Below are positions 33,033-42,414 of a DNA stretch of 64,000 nt, one piece after another. The DNA is from a bacterium (GTDB taxonomy: Bacteria > Electryoneota > RPQS01), in the NCBI GenBank assembly GCA_023382385.1, contig JAHDVH010000003.1, forward strand, positions 278,806 through 342,805, given 5' to 3'. A program made the translations under genes and the position numbers. The stretch's first letter is position 1, and every line of letters begins with the position of its first letter. A model generated the notes under the pieces. The model searched no databases. It was not told where the DNA came from and saw nothing but the letters and a program-made list of their open reading frames with translations.

Positions 33033-34387
33033 ACGACTCGCCGCTGATGATCTCCGTATCCGGAGTGCGCGGCATCGTCGGGCAAAGCATGACTGCCGAG
33101 GTTTGTTTGCGGTGGGCACAGGCATTTGGAAATCAATGCGCGCCCGGACCAGTCGTCGTGGGTGGCGACAGCCGTATCAGCAAGACAATGATGCGTGCTG
33201 CCACAATCTCCGGCTTGGCATCAGCGGGCGCTCGGATAATTGATATCGGAGTAGTCGCGACGCCCACAGTCGCACTTGCCGTGGAGTATCACCGAGCGAA
33301 GGGCGGTATTGCAATTACCGCCAGCCATAACCCGGCTGAATGGAACGCGCTGAAGTTTTATGGCGAGGACGGGTTATTCATTGACGAGGACCGTGGCAAG
33401 TTGCTGCACACGGCCGTAGCCTCAACACAGGCATACGACGTTGATGCTTTTCGCGTCGGACGTTATGAGCGCGACGAACTTGCGGTTGAGAGACACTTGA
33501 ATGCCGTGCTCGCGATGCCTTTCTTGCGCGTTGACGAACTGAGGGGGCGGAAGTTTCGCGTCGGGCTGGACGCTGTGAATGGTTCAGGTGGCGAATTGCT
33601 CAAAAGGCTGTTGGAAACTCTCGGTTGTGATGTCGTGGGCTTTCATCTTGAACCAACTGGCAGGTTTCCTCGACAACCTGAACCGACTCCTGAAAATATC
33701 CGCGACGTGTGCCAAGCTATGCAAGATGCGCGTGTCGATATCGGCTTCGTTGTTGACCCCGATGCAGACCGACTTGCAATCATCCGGTCCGACGGTAAAC
33801 CGGCGGGTGAAGAATTGACAATTTGCGCTGCTGCGCTGGCCGCGCTTCCTTATGTTCCCGGTCCCGTTGTCGTCAACTGCTCAACCAGTCTCGCAATCAG
33901 AGACATAGCAAACTGCTTTGAACGAACTGTCTATGAAACACGAGTTGGCGAGGCGCACGTTGCGCGGCGGATGAAGGAAGTTGGAGCGGCAGTTGGAGGG
34001 GAAGGTAACGGTGGAGTCATGCTGCCTTTGGTACATGCTTCCCGTGACTCGGCAGTAGGGGCGGCCTTAGTCTTGCAGGCCCTGCTTTCAGCAGACACTG
34101 CTTCTGCCGAATTCTTTGACGGAATGCCGCAGTACCATCTTGTAAAGCGAAAGCGCGAATTCTCTACGTTGATGGAGCAGGCTCGTGCTCTCGAACGTCT
34201 CGCGCAAATCACTGACCTGGGCGAAGCTGACACGCTGGACGGATTCAAGTGGAGAACGGTAGACGCATGGGTACAGGCAAGAGCCTCCAACACTGAACCG
34301 ATTGTGCGAGTATTTGCAGAGGCTCCGACTCAAAGTGACGCAGAGCGGCTTGCGGCGAAAGTCTTAAATTTTCTTGATACACAATAA
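33026..34387 (+). CDS. Phosphohexomutase (GlmM/PMM family)
   Basis: SGVRG, TASHNP, DPDADR, GGEGNGG, RASNTEP. Confidence 0.92.
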   Translation: MVNDSPLMISVSGVRGIVGQSMTAEVCLRWAQAFGNQCAPGPVVVGGDSRISKTMMRAATISGLASAGARIIDIGVVATPTVALAVEYHRAKGGIAITASHNPAEWNALKFYGEDGLFIDEDRGKLLHTAVASTQAYDVDAFRVGRYERDELAVERHLNAVLAMPFLRVDELRGRKFRVGLDAVNGSGGELLKRLLETLGCDVVGFHLEPTGRFPRQPEPTPENIRDVCQAMQDARVDIGFVVDPDADRLAIIRSDGKPAGEELTICAAALAALPYVPGPVVVNCSTSLAIRDIANCFERTVYETRVGEAHVARRMKEVGAAVGGEGNGGVMLPLVHASRDSAVGAALVLQALLSADTASAEFFDGMPQYHLVKRKREFSTLMEQARALERLAQITDLGEADTLDGFKWRTVDAWVQARASNTEPIVRVFAEAPTQSDAERLAAKVLNFLDTQ

Positions 34388-34405
34388 CCACATCATAAAT
34401 TTCTT

Positions 34406-35695
34406 ATGGACAATGTAGCGGCAGTCATATTAGGCGGCGGACGAGGCACAAGATTGCATCCGTTAACCAAGCCCCGTTCAAAACCGGCCGTTCCGTTTGG
34501 CGGCATGTACAGGCTGATCGATATTCCAGTCTCAAATTGCCTGTATTCTCAACTGAGCAAGATTTATGTCATAACTCAGTTCAACTCTGCATCATTGAAT
34601 CGCCATGTTTCAATGACGTACACGTTTGATGCATTCAGAAATGGATTTGTGACGATTCTTGCTGCTGAGCAGACCATTGATACAAGCGATTGGCTGCAGG
34701 GGACAGCCGATGCCGTGCGCAAGAACTTGCGTCACATTCGACCTGCTGAACCCACGGACGTTTTGATTCTTTCAGGAGATCACATCTACTGGATGAACTA
34801 TCAGGGCATGCTCGCCCTTCACCGTAGAGCAAGAGCCGACATAACAATTGCAACTTATCCTGTTGCGCTCGAGGACGCCAAAAGATTCGGGATCATGAAG
34901 GTCAACGATGATGGTCGCATCGTGGAATTCAAGGAAAAGCCTGAATCCCCGAAAGACATTAAGAATTGGACACTCTCGGGTGAAGTGTTCAGGTCTGCCG
35001 ACTTTGACTCCGAGGGACCGGTTGTTATGGCGTCAATGGGCATCTACTTGATACGCTGGGAAGCAATAGAACAACTGCTCGCTCCTGATACGGGATCAGA
35101 TTTCGGAAAGCATGTGATTCCTTCAGCAATCAACACACATCGTGTGTTTGCCTACCCCTTCAGCGGGTATTGGGAGGACATTGGAACCATCGAATCCTAC
35201 TATGATGCCAACCTCGCTTTGACGGATCCTCAACCAAAGTTCGCTTTGTTTGATCCGAACTACCGGTTATTCACGCGTCCGCGCTTTCTGCCCGGTGCGA
35301 GTATGCGCGAGGTGTATTCGAAACGGGCGTTAATCTGTGCCGGCTCACGAATTGAGCATGGTTCCATTGAGCATTCTATCCTCGGTACGCGTACGGTTGC
35401 AAAGTCAGGCATCAAAATCATTGACTCGGTCGTATGTGGCGCAGACTTCTATGAAAGTTCGGAGTCGTTGCAGTTGAATCGCGAAACGGGCCGACCGGAC
35501 ATAGGGATCGGCGGCGATACGTCAATCAGGAAAGCTATTGTTGACAAGAACGCCCGGATTGGGTACGGCGTGCGAATTGACCCAAGCGACAATGTTCCTG
35601 ATCATGACGGCGAGGGTTACTCTGTGCGAGACGGAATCGTGATCATCGAAAAGGATGCCGTGATTCCTGACGGCGCCGTTATCCCTGGCAAATAG
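34406..35695 (+). CDS. glgC: Glucose-1-phosphate adenylyltransferase
   Basis: LGGGRGTRL.PLT..RSKPAVP.GG.YRLIDIP, QGTADAV, SGDH, FKEKP, YWEDIGT. Confidence 0.95.
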   Translation: MDNVAAVILGGGRGTRLHPLTKPRSKPAVPFGGMYRLIDIPVSNCLYSQLSKIYVITQFNSASLNRHVSMTYTFDAFRNGFVTILAAEQTIDTSDWLQGTADAVRKNLRHIRPAEPTDVLILSGDHIYWMNYQGMLALHRRARADITIATYPVALEDAKRFGIMKVNDDGRIVEFKEKPESPKDIKNWTLSGEVFRSADFDSEGPVVMASMGIYLIRWEAIEQLLAPDTGSDFGKHVIPSAINTHRVFAYPFSGYWEDIGTIESYYDANLALTDPQPKFALFDPNYRLFTRPRFLPGASMREVYSKRALICAGSRIEHGSIEHSILGTRTVAKSGIKIIDSVVCGADFYESSESLQLNRETGRPDIGIGGDTSIRKAIVDKNARIGYGVRIDPSDNVPDHDGEGYSVRDGIVIIEKDAVIPDGAVIPGK

Positions 35696-35696
35696 T

Positions 35697-37007
35697 GTGA
35701 ATGTTGCAGAACTCATTGCCCGAAAACAAGACGGGGGCGGACTGTCAGACACTGAGATTACTGCGTTGATTAACGGATTTGTTGATGGAACGGTTCCCGA
35801 CTATCAAATGTCCGCGCTGCTTATGGCGGTTTACTTTCGCGGGCTAAGTGATCAAGAGGGAAGGTGTTTTCTTAACGCGATGATCAGATCCGGCGAAGTG
35901 CTGTCGTTCCCGGATATCTCAGCCCGCAAAGTGGATAAACATTCCACTGGTGGCGTCGGCGACAAGACTTCATTGATTGTTGCCCCCGTTCTTGCCGAAG
36001 CAGGTGTTCCCGTCCCCATGATTTCAGGACGGGCACTCGGGCACACAGGCGGGACTCTTGACAAGCTTGAAAGCATTCGCGGATTGCGCGTTGTGCTGTC
36101 GCATCAGGAATTCTCAAGCATATTGCGCGCGCACGGCTGTGTGTTTGGCGCTCAGACGGACAACCTGGTTCCTGCCGACAAAAAGCTGTATGCCCTGCGC
36201 GACGTTACCTCCACCGTCGCCATCCCTCCGCTGATTGCCGCGAGCATTCTCTCGAAGAAGATAGCCGAGGGTACGAATGCACTCGTTATGGACGTCAAAA
36301 TCGGCCCCGGCGGATTCCTGCCGACAGAGGAAGAAGCTCGGGAGTTAGCGCAGAGGCTTGTGACGTGGTCGGCGGACTGGAACGTCGAGACGATAGTCTA
36401 TGGCACGGACATGCACGAACCGCTCGGCGACACAGCTGGCAACCTCATTGAAGTTGTCGAGTGCTTGAGCATACTGAAAAACGGCATCGGCGACGCAAGG
36501 TTGATCGAGTTGTGTGGTGTTCTTGGAGGTGCAATGCTGAAGCTCGGAGGGATCGTCCGCGATGTCGAATCAGGCAGGAAAGAGTTCCATAGAGTGCTGC
36601 AGAGTGGGGCTGCATACAGGCGTTTTCAGCGGATTGCCGAAGCACAAGGGGCGGATCCTTTCGTATGGAAGGAGCTCGAGTCAGGCGTAAACTCGGCATG
36701 CTCGCACGTGATAACTGCAGCGAGCAATGGAGTGCTCTCCGAGATTCGACCTCGTCAGATCGGACTCGGACTCGTCGAGCTGGGTGCGGGGCGACGAGTT
36801 GCTTCAGATAAGGTCGACCCTTTCGCCGGCATTCGATTTTTGAAGAAGCGTGGCGATTCGGTCAAGATTGGCGAACCGATTGCAATCGCACATTGGAGCG
36901 GCGCACCTTCCGGCAAGCCGCAAGGGATCTCACTTCTATCGGGAGCCTTTGAGATCTCCGATGGTCCGGCGGAGAATCGACCACTGGTTTATTTCGAAAC
37001 TGCATAA
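35697..37007 (+). CDS. pdp: Pyrimidine-nucleoside/thymidine phosphorylase
   Basis: DKHSTGGVGDK, SGRALGHTGGTLDKLE, LYALRD, SILSKK. Confidence 0.93.
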   Translation: MNVAELIARKQDGGGLSDTEITALINGFVDGTVPDYQMSALLMAVYFRGLSDQEGRCFLNAMIRSGEVLSFPDISARKVDKHSTGGVGDKTSLIVAPVLAEAGVPVPMISGRALGHTGGTLDKLESIRGLRVVLSHQEFSSILRAHGCVFGAQTDNLVPADKKLYALRDVTSTVAIPPLIAASILSKKIAEGTNALVMDVKIGPGGFLPTEEEARELAQRLVTWSADWNVETIVYGTDMHEPLGDTAGNLIEVVECLSILKNGIGDARLIELCGVLGGAMLKLGGIVRDVESGRKEFHRVLQSGAAYRRFQRIAEAQGADPFVWKELESGVNSACSHVITAASNGVLSEIRPRQIGLGLVELGAGRRVASDKVDPFAGIRFLKKRGDSVKIGEPIAIAHWSGAPSGKPQGISLLSGAFEISDGPAENRPLVYFETA

Positions 37008-37054
37008 GCGCTCGCGGCTGTAGCCGAACGTATCGAGCAGAAAGTGAAAGACGT

Positions 37055-37438
37055 ATGGATGACTCTATTGAGAAGAAGGTTCGCACGCTCCGGCTGAAAC
37101 TCCTGATGGCGGAAAGAGAGTTGCATGCTGCATCCGGCAAATGGAGACTTGGTGCGTTGCTGAAAGCTGGACACGCAAATGCTATGAATCGGGAGGTAGA
37201 TAAGGTTACGGACCGATTGGAAGCAAAGATCGACAAATTACGCGCAGAAATCGCCGAGCTGACAGGAGAACCATTGCAAAGCGCGAATCCGGGCAAAGTG
37301 GTCGCTCCTGCCTCCAAGACAGCAGCGAAGAAGGAACCGGCGAAAGCTCCCGCTGACAAAAAGATGCAGACGCAAAGAACGGCGTCAAAGAAGTCCGCTG
37401 TCAAGAAAACCACTACGAAAAAGTCCGGGAAGAAGTGA
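37055..37438 (+). CDS. Hypothetical protein, helical N-terminus and Lys/Ala-rich tail
   Basis: 127 aa ORF before a terminator; tail ASKTAAKKEPAKAPADKK...KKSAVKKTTTKKSGKK. Confidence 0.7.
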   Translation: MDDSIEKKVRTLRLKLLMAERELHAASGKWRLGALLKAGHANAMNREVDKVTDRLEAKIDKLRAEIAELTGEPLQSANPGKVVAPASKTAAKKEPAKAPADKKMQTQRTASKKSAVKKTTTKKSGKK

Positions 37439-37464
37439 GCGCGAACCACCTTAAGTAAACTAAT

Positions 37465-37492
37465 AGGGCCGCGTTATTCGCGGCCCTTGTTC
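37465..37492. terminator. Hairpin terminator between convergent genes
   Basis: AGGGCCGCG-ttatt-CGCGGCCCT-TGTT. Confidence 0.7.
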
Positions 37493-37511
37493 TCATTCGT
37501 GCAATAAGAAC

Positions 37512-37838
37512 TTATTGAGCATGGTTGCGGAACTTCTCTTCGAGCTTTGCTTTCGGGAGAACTCCGGTTACAGTCTCGACGAGCTGCCCATTCTTAAAAA
37601 AGAGCACCTGCGGGATGTTCAGTACACCGTATTTGCGCGGCGTTTCCGGGTTGGCTGCGATGTCAATCTCGCCAATCACTGCCTTGCCATCCCAGTCAGG
37701 CGCAAGGTCTTCAAGTATGGCATGTATTTTCTTGCAGGGTGCGCACCATTCCGCCCCAAAGTCGAGAACGGCAAGTCGGTCGGCACGCAGGATTGTCTCT
37801 TCAAAATTTGCGTCTGTAACAGTGACCAAATTGGACAC
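37512..37838 (-). CDS. Thioredoxin
   Basis: DFGAEWCAPCK, cis-Pro NIP, FFKNG. Confidence 0.92.
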   Translation of the reverse strand: MSNLVTVTDANFEETILRADRLAVLDFGAEWCAPCKKIHAILEDLAPDWDGKAVIGEIDIAANPETPRKYGVLNIPQVLFFKNGQLVETVTGVLPKAKLEEKFRNHAQ

Positions 37839-37864
37839 GTCAGCTCCTCTATTGTTGCAGTGTG

Positions 37865-39664
37865 TTAAAGGTTGTGGCGATCCAACAGGGCTATGAAGTC
37901 TTTTGCGGGCTTGAATCCCGTGAACCGAGTGATTTCGCGGTCGCCTTCCTGCAAGATCACTGTTGGCATCCCCGTGATCTTATACTTCTGCTTCATCTCC
38001 TTCACCCACGGGGTTTCTTTGGTGAAGTCAAGCTTTAGTCTGACAAACTCATCGACACGTTGTTGGACTGCCGGCACAATCCAGGTCTTTTCGTCAAGTT
38101 CTACACAAGCGACACACCAGTCGGCATATACGTCGATCAGCATGGGTTTGCCCGAGGATTCGGTCAGCCGCAGAGCTTCTTCCTCTTTGTTGACCATCCA
38201 CTCTAATTCAGTTAGTGGGCCGGCGGATTCCGTCGTCGCGCCGATCGCATTTGGATAGAACGACTTGAAGAGGAATATCCCGCCGATCAAGAACACGATA
38301 AGTGTGAATGTTTTGCCAAGCCTCTGTTTCGCCGTGGCTTCGTCAGTTAATGAGTCGAAAGCGCCGGAAAAGACGGAAAACGCAATCAGCAGGACCGACC
38401 ACGCCGCATAATATAGGTGTTCGGGAAGTGTAAGCCGGAGCATATAGATTGCTCCCGCCATCAGTATCCAGCCAAAGCCTTTCTTGACGGTTTCCATCCA
38501 GGAGCCGGCCCGAGGCAGTGCCTGAATCGCACCGGCAAAAGTTCCGATAACCAGAAACAGCAAGCCAAGCCCCAGTGAAAACGTGAATAGCAACGCCCAG
38601 CCGTAGAAAAGATCACCCGTGCGAGCAACCCACGCGAGCAGCGCGACGATCACTGGACCGACACATGGCGCCATCACCAAGCCTGAAGCCATGCCCAGCA
38701 AGAGCGGTCCGAAAAATCCTCTTTTTGCTGCGCCACCCGTCAGACTGGACTGCAGCGCGGCAGGCAACGCAATATCAAACGCGCCAAGCATGCTGATTCC
38801 CATGATGCCAAAGACTATCGCGATGACGATATTCACTACCGGGGATCCGGAAATCGAACCAAACAGCGTCCCCGTGGCGGCGGCAAAGAGTCCAAGTCCA
38901 CTATAGACGATGGCGATGCCCAAGGCGAAAATCGTTGAAAGCATGAGGCCCCGCAACGGTTTCCCTGCACTTGAACCGCCGATGTATCCAATGGTTATTG
39001 GAATGACCGGATACACACACGGCGTGAAACTTGCGAGGATTCCGCCAAGGAAAGCAACAAGAAACGCCGTCCACGAGCCGCCCTCAAGCGCTGCGAGCAA
39101 GCGCGCTTCAAGTCCCTTTGGCTCTTCTTGTTCACCTGTTGCTCGGGCGTCCGCAAAAATCCGTTCGTTGGCGGCGATGACTTGAGAACCCGCAGCGCGA
39201 ATCTCAAGCGAAGTTGTGAGCCTCTTTTCTTCAGGCAGAAAGCATACTTCCTGTCCGTACTCTTGACAAATCTGATAGCCGGCCTCGACTGGAATTACAT
39301 GTGTCCCAAGCACGGCGTCAGGTGCGGCGGTAACCGGAACGCGCACGAGCACGTCACCGCGATAGCAAACCTCATCGTGGAATGGCTCCCCCTTCGGAAA
39401 TTGCGGTTCGCCAAATAGAAGGCCCAGCGTATCTGAAACCGTTACATAGAATAGCCCAAACTCGACGTCCGTAATGTGGTGTTTTGCTGGTACACTGAAC
39501 AGCAGGCCGAGTTCCGAGGTGCCGTCCGCCGCGATCGCATCTGTGCTCCATATCGCTCGCACCGGCACGCCGGGCGAGACTGGCCCGCCGTCTGCATCTG
39601 CCCTGAGAGGTGCCGAACCTAAAAGGGTCGCTACGACAAGTACAAAGGGTGCAATCCAAGCCAT
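37865..39664 (-). CDS. dsbD: Protein-disulfide reductase DsbD
   Basis: N-domain CQEYGQEVC, TM domain TPCVYP and APCVGP, C-terminal ADWCVAC. Confidence 0.92.
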   Translation of the reverse strand: MAWIAPFVLVVATLLGSAPLRADADGGPVSPGVPVRAIWSTDAIAADGTSELGLLFSVPAKHHITDVEFGLFYVTVSDTLGLLFGEPQFPKGEPFHDEVCYRGDVLVRVPVTAAPDAVLGTHVIPVEAGYQICQEYGQEVCFLPEEKRLTTSLEIRAAGSQVIAANERIFADARATGEQEEPKGLEARLLAALEGGSWTAFLVAFLGGILASFTPCVYPVIPITIGYIGGSSAGKPLRGLMLSTIFALGIAIVYSGLGLFAAATGTLFGSISGSPVVNIVIAIVFGIMGISMLGAFDIALPAALQSSLTGGAAKRGFFGPLLLGMASGLVMAPCVGPVIVALLAWVARTGDLFYGWALLFTFSLGLGLLFLVIGTFAGAIQALPRAGSWMETVKKGFGWILMAGAIYMLRLTLPEHLYYAAWSVLLIAFSVFSGAFDSLTDEATAKQRLGKTFTLIVFLIGGIFLFKSFYPNAIGATTESAGPLTELEWMVNKEEEALRLTESSGKPMLIDVYADWCVACVELDEKTWIVPAVQQRVDEFVRLKLDFTKETPWVKEMKQKYKITGMPTVILQEGDREITRFTGFKPAKDFIALLDRHNL

Positions 39665-39729
39665 GTGCTGTTGAAACTCAATTATATTTAGATAATCTTA
39701 TATACACGATTTACTATTCGGAGGTTCCC

Positions 39730-40191
39730 TTGAAAATCATACTAAAGCACTCAGGCCAAATGGCCTTTCTGGCGAAAGCTGATTCAAATCACTGGGTTCC
39801 CGTGGATGCTGGCCCGGTTTCGGGAGGCGGAAACGGGGCATCTTCCCCCATCGAGATGCTCGTGATCGCGGCCGGAGGCTGCGTAAGCATGGACATGGTC
39901 TTTATCTTCGGAAAGAGCCGCAAGCCCTTCACCCGCTTTGAGATGGAAGTAGAAGCGAACCGAGCGGAAACTCATCCTCGCAGAATTATTTCCCTTCACT
40001 TTCATGCGCAGGTTGAGGGTCCCGAAATGACGCCGGACATGATTGAAAAAGCACTCAATCTGTCGCTAACGAAGTACTGTTCTGTCACGCTCTCCCTCGA
40101 CCGTTCCGTCGTCCTGCGGGCCTCGTACACTTGCAACGGCCAGCCAGGAGTGGAATGGGAAGTGGAGCGAAACGCGGAAATCTATCAGTAG
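39730..40191 (+). CDS. OsmC family protein
   Basis: TTG start with GGAGG SD; SPIEML..AAGGC..MD, KYCSV. Confidence 0.85.
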   Translation: MKIILKHSGQMAFLAKADSNHWVPVDAGPVSGGGNGASSPIEMLVIAAGGCVSMDMVFIFGKSRKPFTRFEMEVEANRAETHPRRIISLHFHAQVEGPEMTPDMIEKALNLSLTKYCSVTLSLDRSVVLRASYTCNGQPGVEWEVERNAEIYQ

Positions 40192-40788
40192 CTACTCAGC
40201 ATCCGCGCCAACTCGAGTCCCTCCGTGCATCATTGCAAGGTAGGAGAGAAATCCGCCTGTGGAGGGGCGAGGCTTCCGCGCGGGACGACCACGCAAAGGC
40301 CAGTTATCTCTTAGCCACTCTTCCACAGTTTTGTAGACAGGAAATAGTCGCTCCGCGGCGCGAAACTCCGGCGTGTGAAAGCGTCTGCCCCCTGTGGGAC
40401 CCTCTGTGATGCCAAAGTACAGATGCAGCATCTCGTGGTGCATCACACCCGCAACCACCATTTCAGGAATTCGTGCATCATCCAACGCGGAGTTAATCGT
40501 AATCACGCGCTTCTCCACGTCACAAAGACCCAGCGTGTAACGCCAGCGATTCCGGCTCCAGCGAATCACTGGCTGCCGAAGTTCACACTTGAACATCACG
40601 TCGTTTATGACGTCAAAGCAGTTCTGAAGATCGTAAACCAACCCTTGCGGTTTATGTCGAGGACCGCGGCGGGAGGAAGCCAGTGGCGGTTCCGGCGGGA
40701 GCGGAGTGGAAATTGTCTCTGATATCAGTCCAAAAAGTTCAAACTGATACGGGTCGGGAACAGGTCGGGTGCGTCCTACGGCTCCCAC
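40192..40788 (-). CDS. SprT-like zinc metalloprotease
   Basis: HEMLH, FHTPEF, LGLC, ITINSALD. Confidence 0.75.
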   Translation of the reverse strand: MGAVGRTRPVPDPYQFELFGLISETISTPLPPEPPLASSRRGPRHKPQGLVYDLQNCFDVINDVMFKCELRQPVIRWSRNRWRYTLGLCDVEKRVITINSALDDARIPEMVVAGVMHHEMLHLYFGITEGPTGGRRFHTPEFRAAERLFPVYKTVEEWLRDNWPLRGRPARKPRPSTGGFLSYLAMMHGGTRVGADAE

Positions 40789-42074
40789 GTGGTTCCGTCA
40801 GCGTTAGGCAACAATCTCTCAACAGTCGGTTCCGGCAATTCGTTCTGGGCACCCTCGTGTTGAATCCCGTCGAGCTTGCGTTCCAATTGTCCAAGATCTC
40901 GATTGGCTTGCTCCATGTTGTTCCCCGCTTGCAGGACCTGCTTTGTGGCCTTCTGAAAGCTGTCCTTAACCTTCGAGAGGTCGCCCCCCAGACCCCTTAA
41001 GAGTCCCGTAATGTGCCTTGCACTTTCCGAGATTTGCATTCCCTTGAACCCAATGACTGTGACTTGCAGCAAAGCCCAAAACGACGTCGGAGACGTTGGA
41101 TAAACACCTTTCTTGCGAGCGTGCTCCATCAGGTCAGGGATTGACAGCATCTCATAGTACACCCCCTCGGCGGGAACATACATGACGGCAAACAGCAAGG
41201 TCTCGGGTGGCCGAATGTACTTGTCGGCGATGTCGTCAACATGCTTCTTAACCGCTCGCACAAACTCTTTACGCGCCACCTCTGCTTCTGAATCATCCTG
41301 CGCAGCCCGCAATCGGTTGTAGGCTTCGAGTGGAAACTTGCTGTCAACAGGCAGCCAACCGTGGGGGTTCTTGATCACGGCATCGACGCGCCCAGTGCCT
41401 AACGGGTATTGGATTTCAAACTGACTCGGATGAAGGCAGTCGCGCAGCATCCGCTCCATCTCTATTTCACCCAATTCGCCGCGCAACTTCGGGGCTTTGA
41501 GAATCCCCTGCAACTCCTCCAGTTCTTGAGAAAAGCGTTGAATCTTCTCGTTCGTTGTGTGCAGTTCTACAAGTCTCTCGGTCACGCCCTTAAAGAGACC
41601 TTCGTTGCGGGTGATAGTTTCTGAAAGCTTCTCGTCTACCTTCTTCTGAATCTCGGCCAGCTTGGCTTCGTTGGACTGCTGCAGCAGCCTGAACTGTTCG
41701 GTGAGCGACGTGACTCCTTCGCTTAGGGCTTGTCGCGACTCGGCACGTGCTTTGGACTGGTCTGCGCTTAGTGTCTCACGTAGACCTTCAAGGCTGCCGC
41801 GGAATGTCTCAATACTCTCCCTCAACTCCTTCCGTGCAATCTCCTGTTCTCCCGCAAACTCCTTCCTCGATTCACGCAACTCTGTAGACAAGGTCGCTTG
41901 ATTCTCTTGACGCGTACGCTCAATGCTCTCCTGAAGCGCGGAGATTCTGCTTTCCAAGCTGGCAGTTCTCTCCCGCTCGACATCTGAACGATTTGAGAGG
42001 CGGGTCAATTGCACCCAGAGGGCCAATCCAAGCACGGCAATCGCCGCCAAAAGGAGATAAGTAGAAATGTCCAT
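40776..42074 (-). CDS. rmuC: DNA recombination protein RmuC
   Basis: N-terminal TM, coiled coil, KLRGELGE, VDAVIK, PVDSKFPLE, MYVPAEGVY. Confidence 0.92.
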   Translation of the reverse strand: MDISTYLLLAAIAVLGLALWVQLTRLSNRSDVERERTASLESRISALQESIERTRQENQATLSTELRESRKEFAGEQEIARKELRESIETFRGSLEGLRETLSADQSKARAESRQALSEGVTSLTEQFRLLQQSNEAKLAEIQKKVDEKLSETITRNEGLFKGVTERLVELHTTNEKIQRFSQELEELQGILKAPKLRGELGEIEMERMLRDCLHPSQFEIQYPLGTGRVDAVIKNPHGWLPVDSKFPLEAYNRLRAAQDDSEAEVARKEFVRAVKKHVDDIADKYIRPPETLLFAVMYVPAEGVYYEMLSIPDLMEHARKKGVYPTSPTSFWALLQVTVIGFKGMQISESARHITGLLRGLGGDLSKVKDSFQKATKQVLQAGNNMEQANRDLGQLERKLDGIQHEGAQNELPEPTVERLLPNADGTTWEP

Positions 42075-42090
42075 GATTAGTTAATCAAAT

Positions 42091-42119
42091 AAGTTAACGA
42101 ACTAACCCCTAATCCGCAA
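42091..42119 (-). promoter_or_regulatory. Putative sigma70 promoter of rmuC
   Basis: TTGCGG-N17-TAACTT on the minus strand. Confidence 0.4.
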
Positions 42120-42414
42120 CGGCTTGGATGGTCGAAGCGTTCGTGTTTATCGTTAAATTCTCATAAATAGTTATTTATTATTTGCTTAATATGGGGATGT
42201 TTCAATACTTTGAGAATGGGAATGACTTCTAAACCCCGTGAGAAGAGGACTTCAACGGTCGCGTTGGACAAGGTGGTGAGAATTGAAGCATCCAAAACGG
42301 GAATAGCCCTCCCTGCCGTGATTTCCGGTTGATTTTCAGAGTTCAAATCACGATAATAAGGAATAGAGCATATTTACTGATTGCCTTAAATTCATCCTCA
42401 CAGGGTCGACACAA

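Noticed and set aside
42161..42346. 61 aa ORF in the rmuC-gltA spacer
   Set aside because: AT-rich divergent promoter region with no coding signal.
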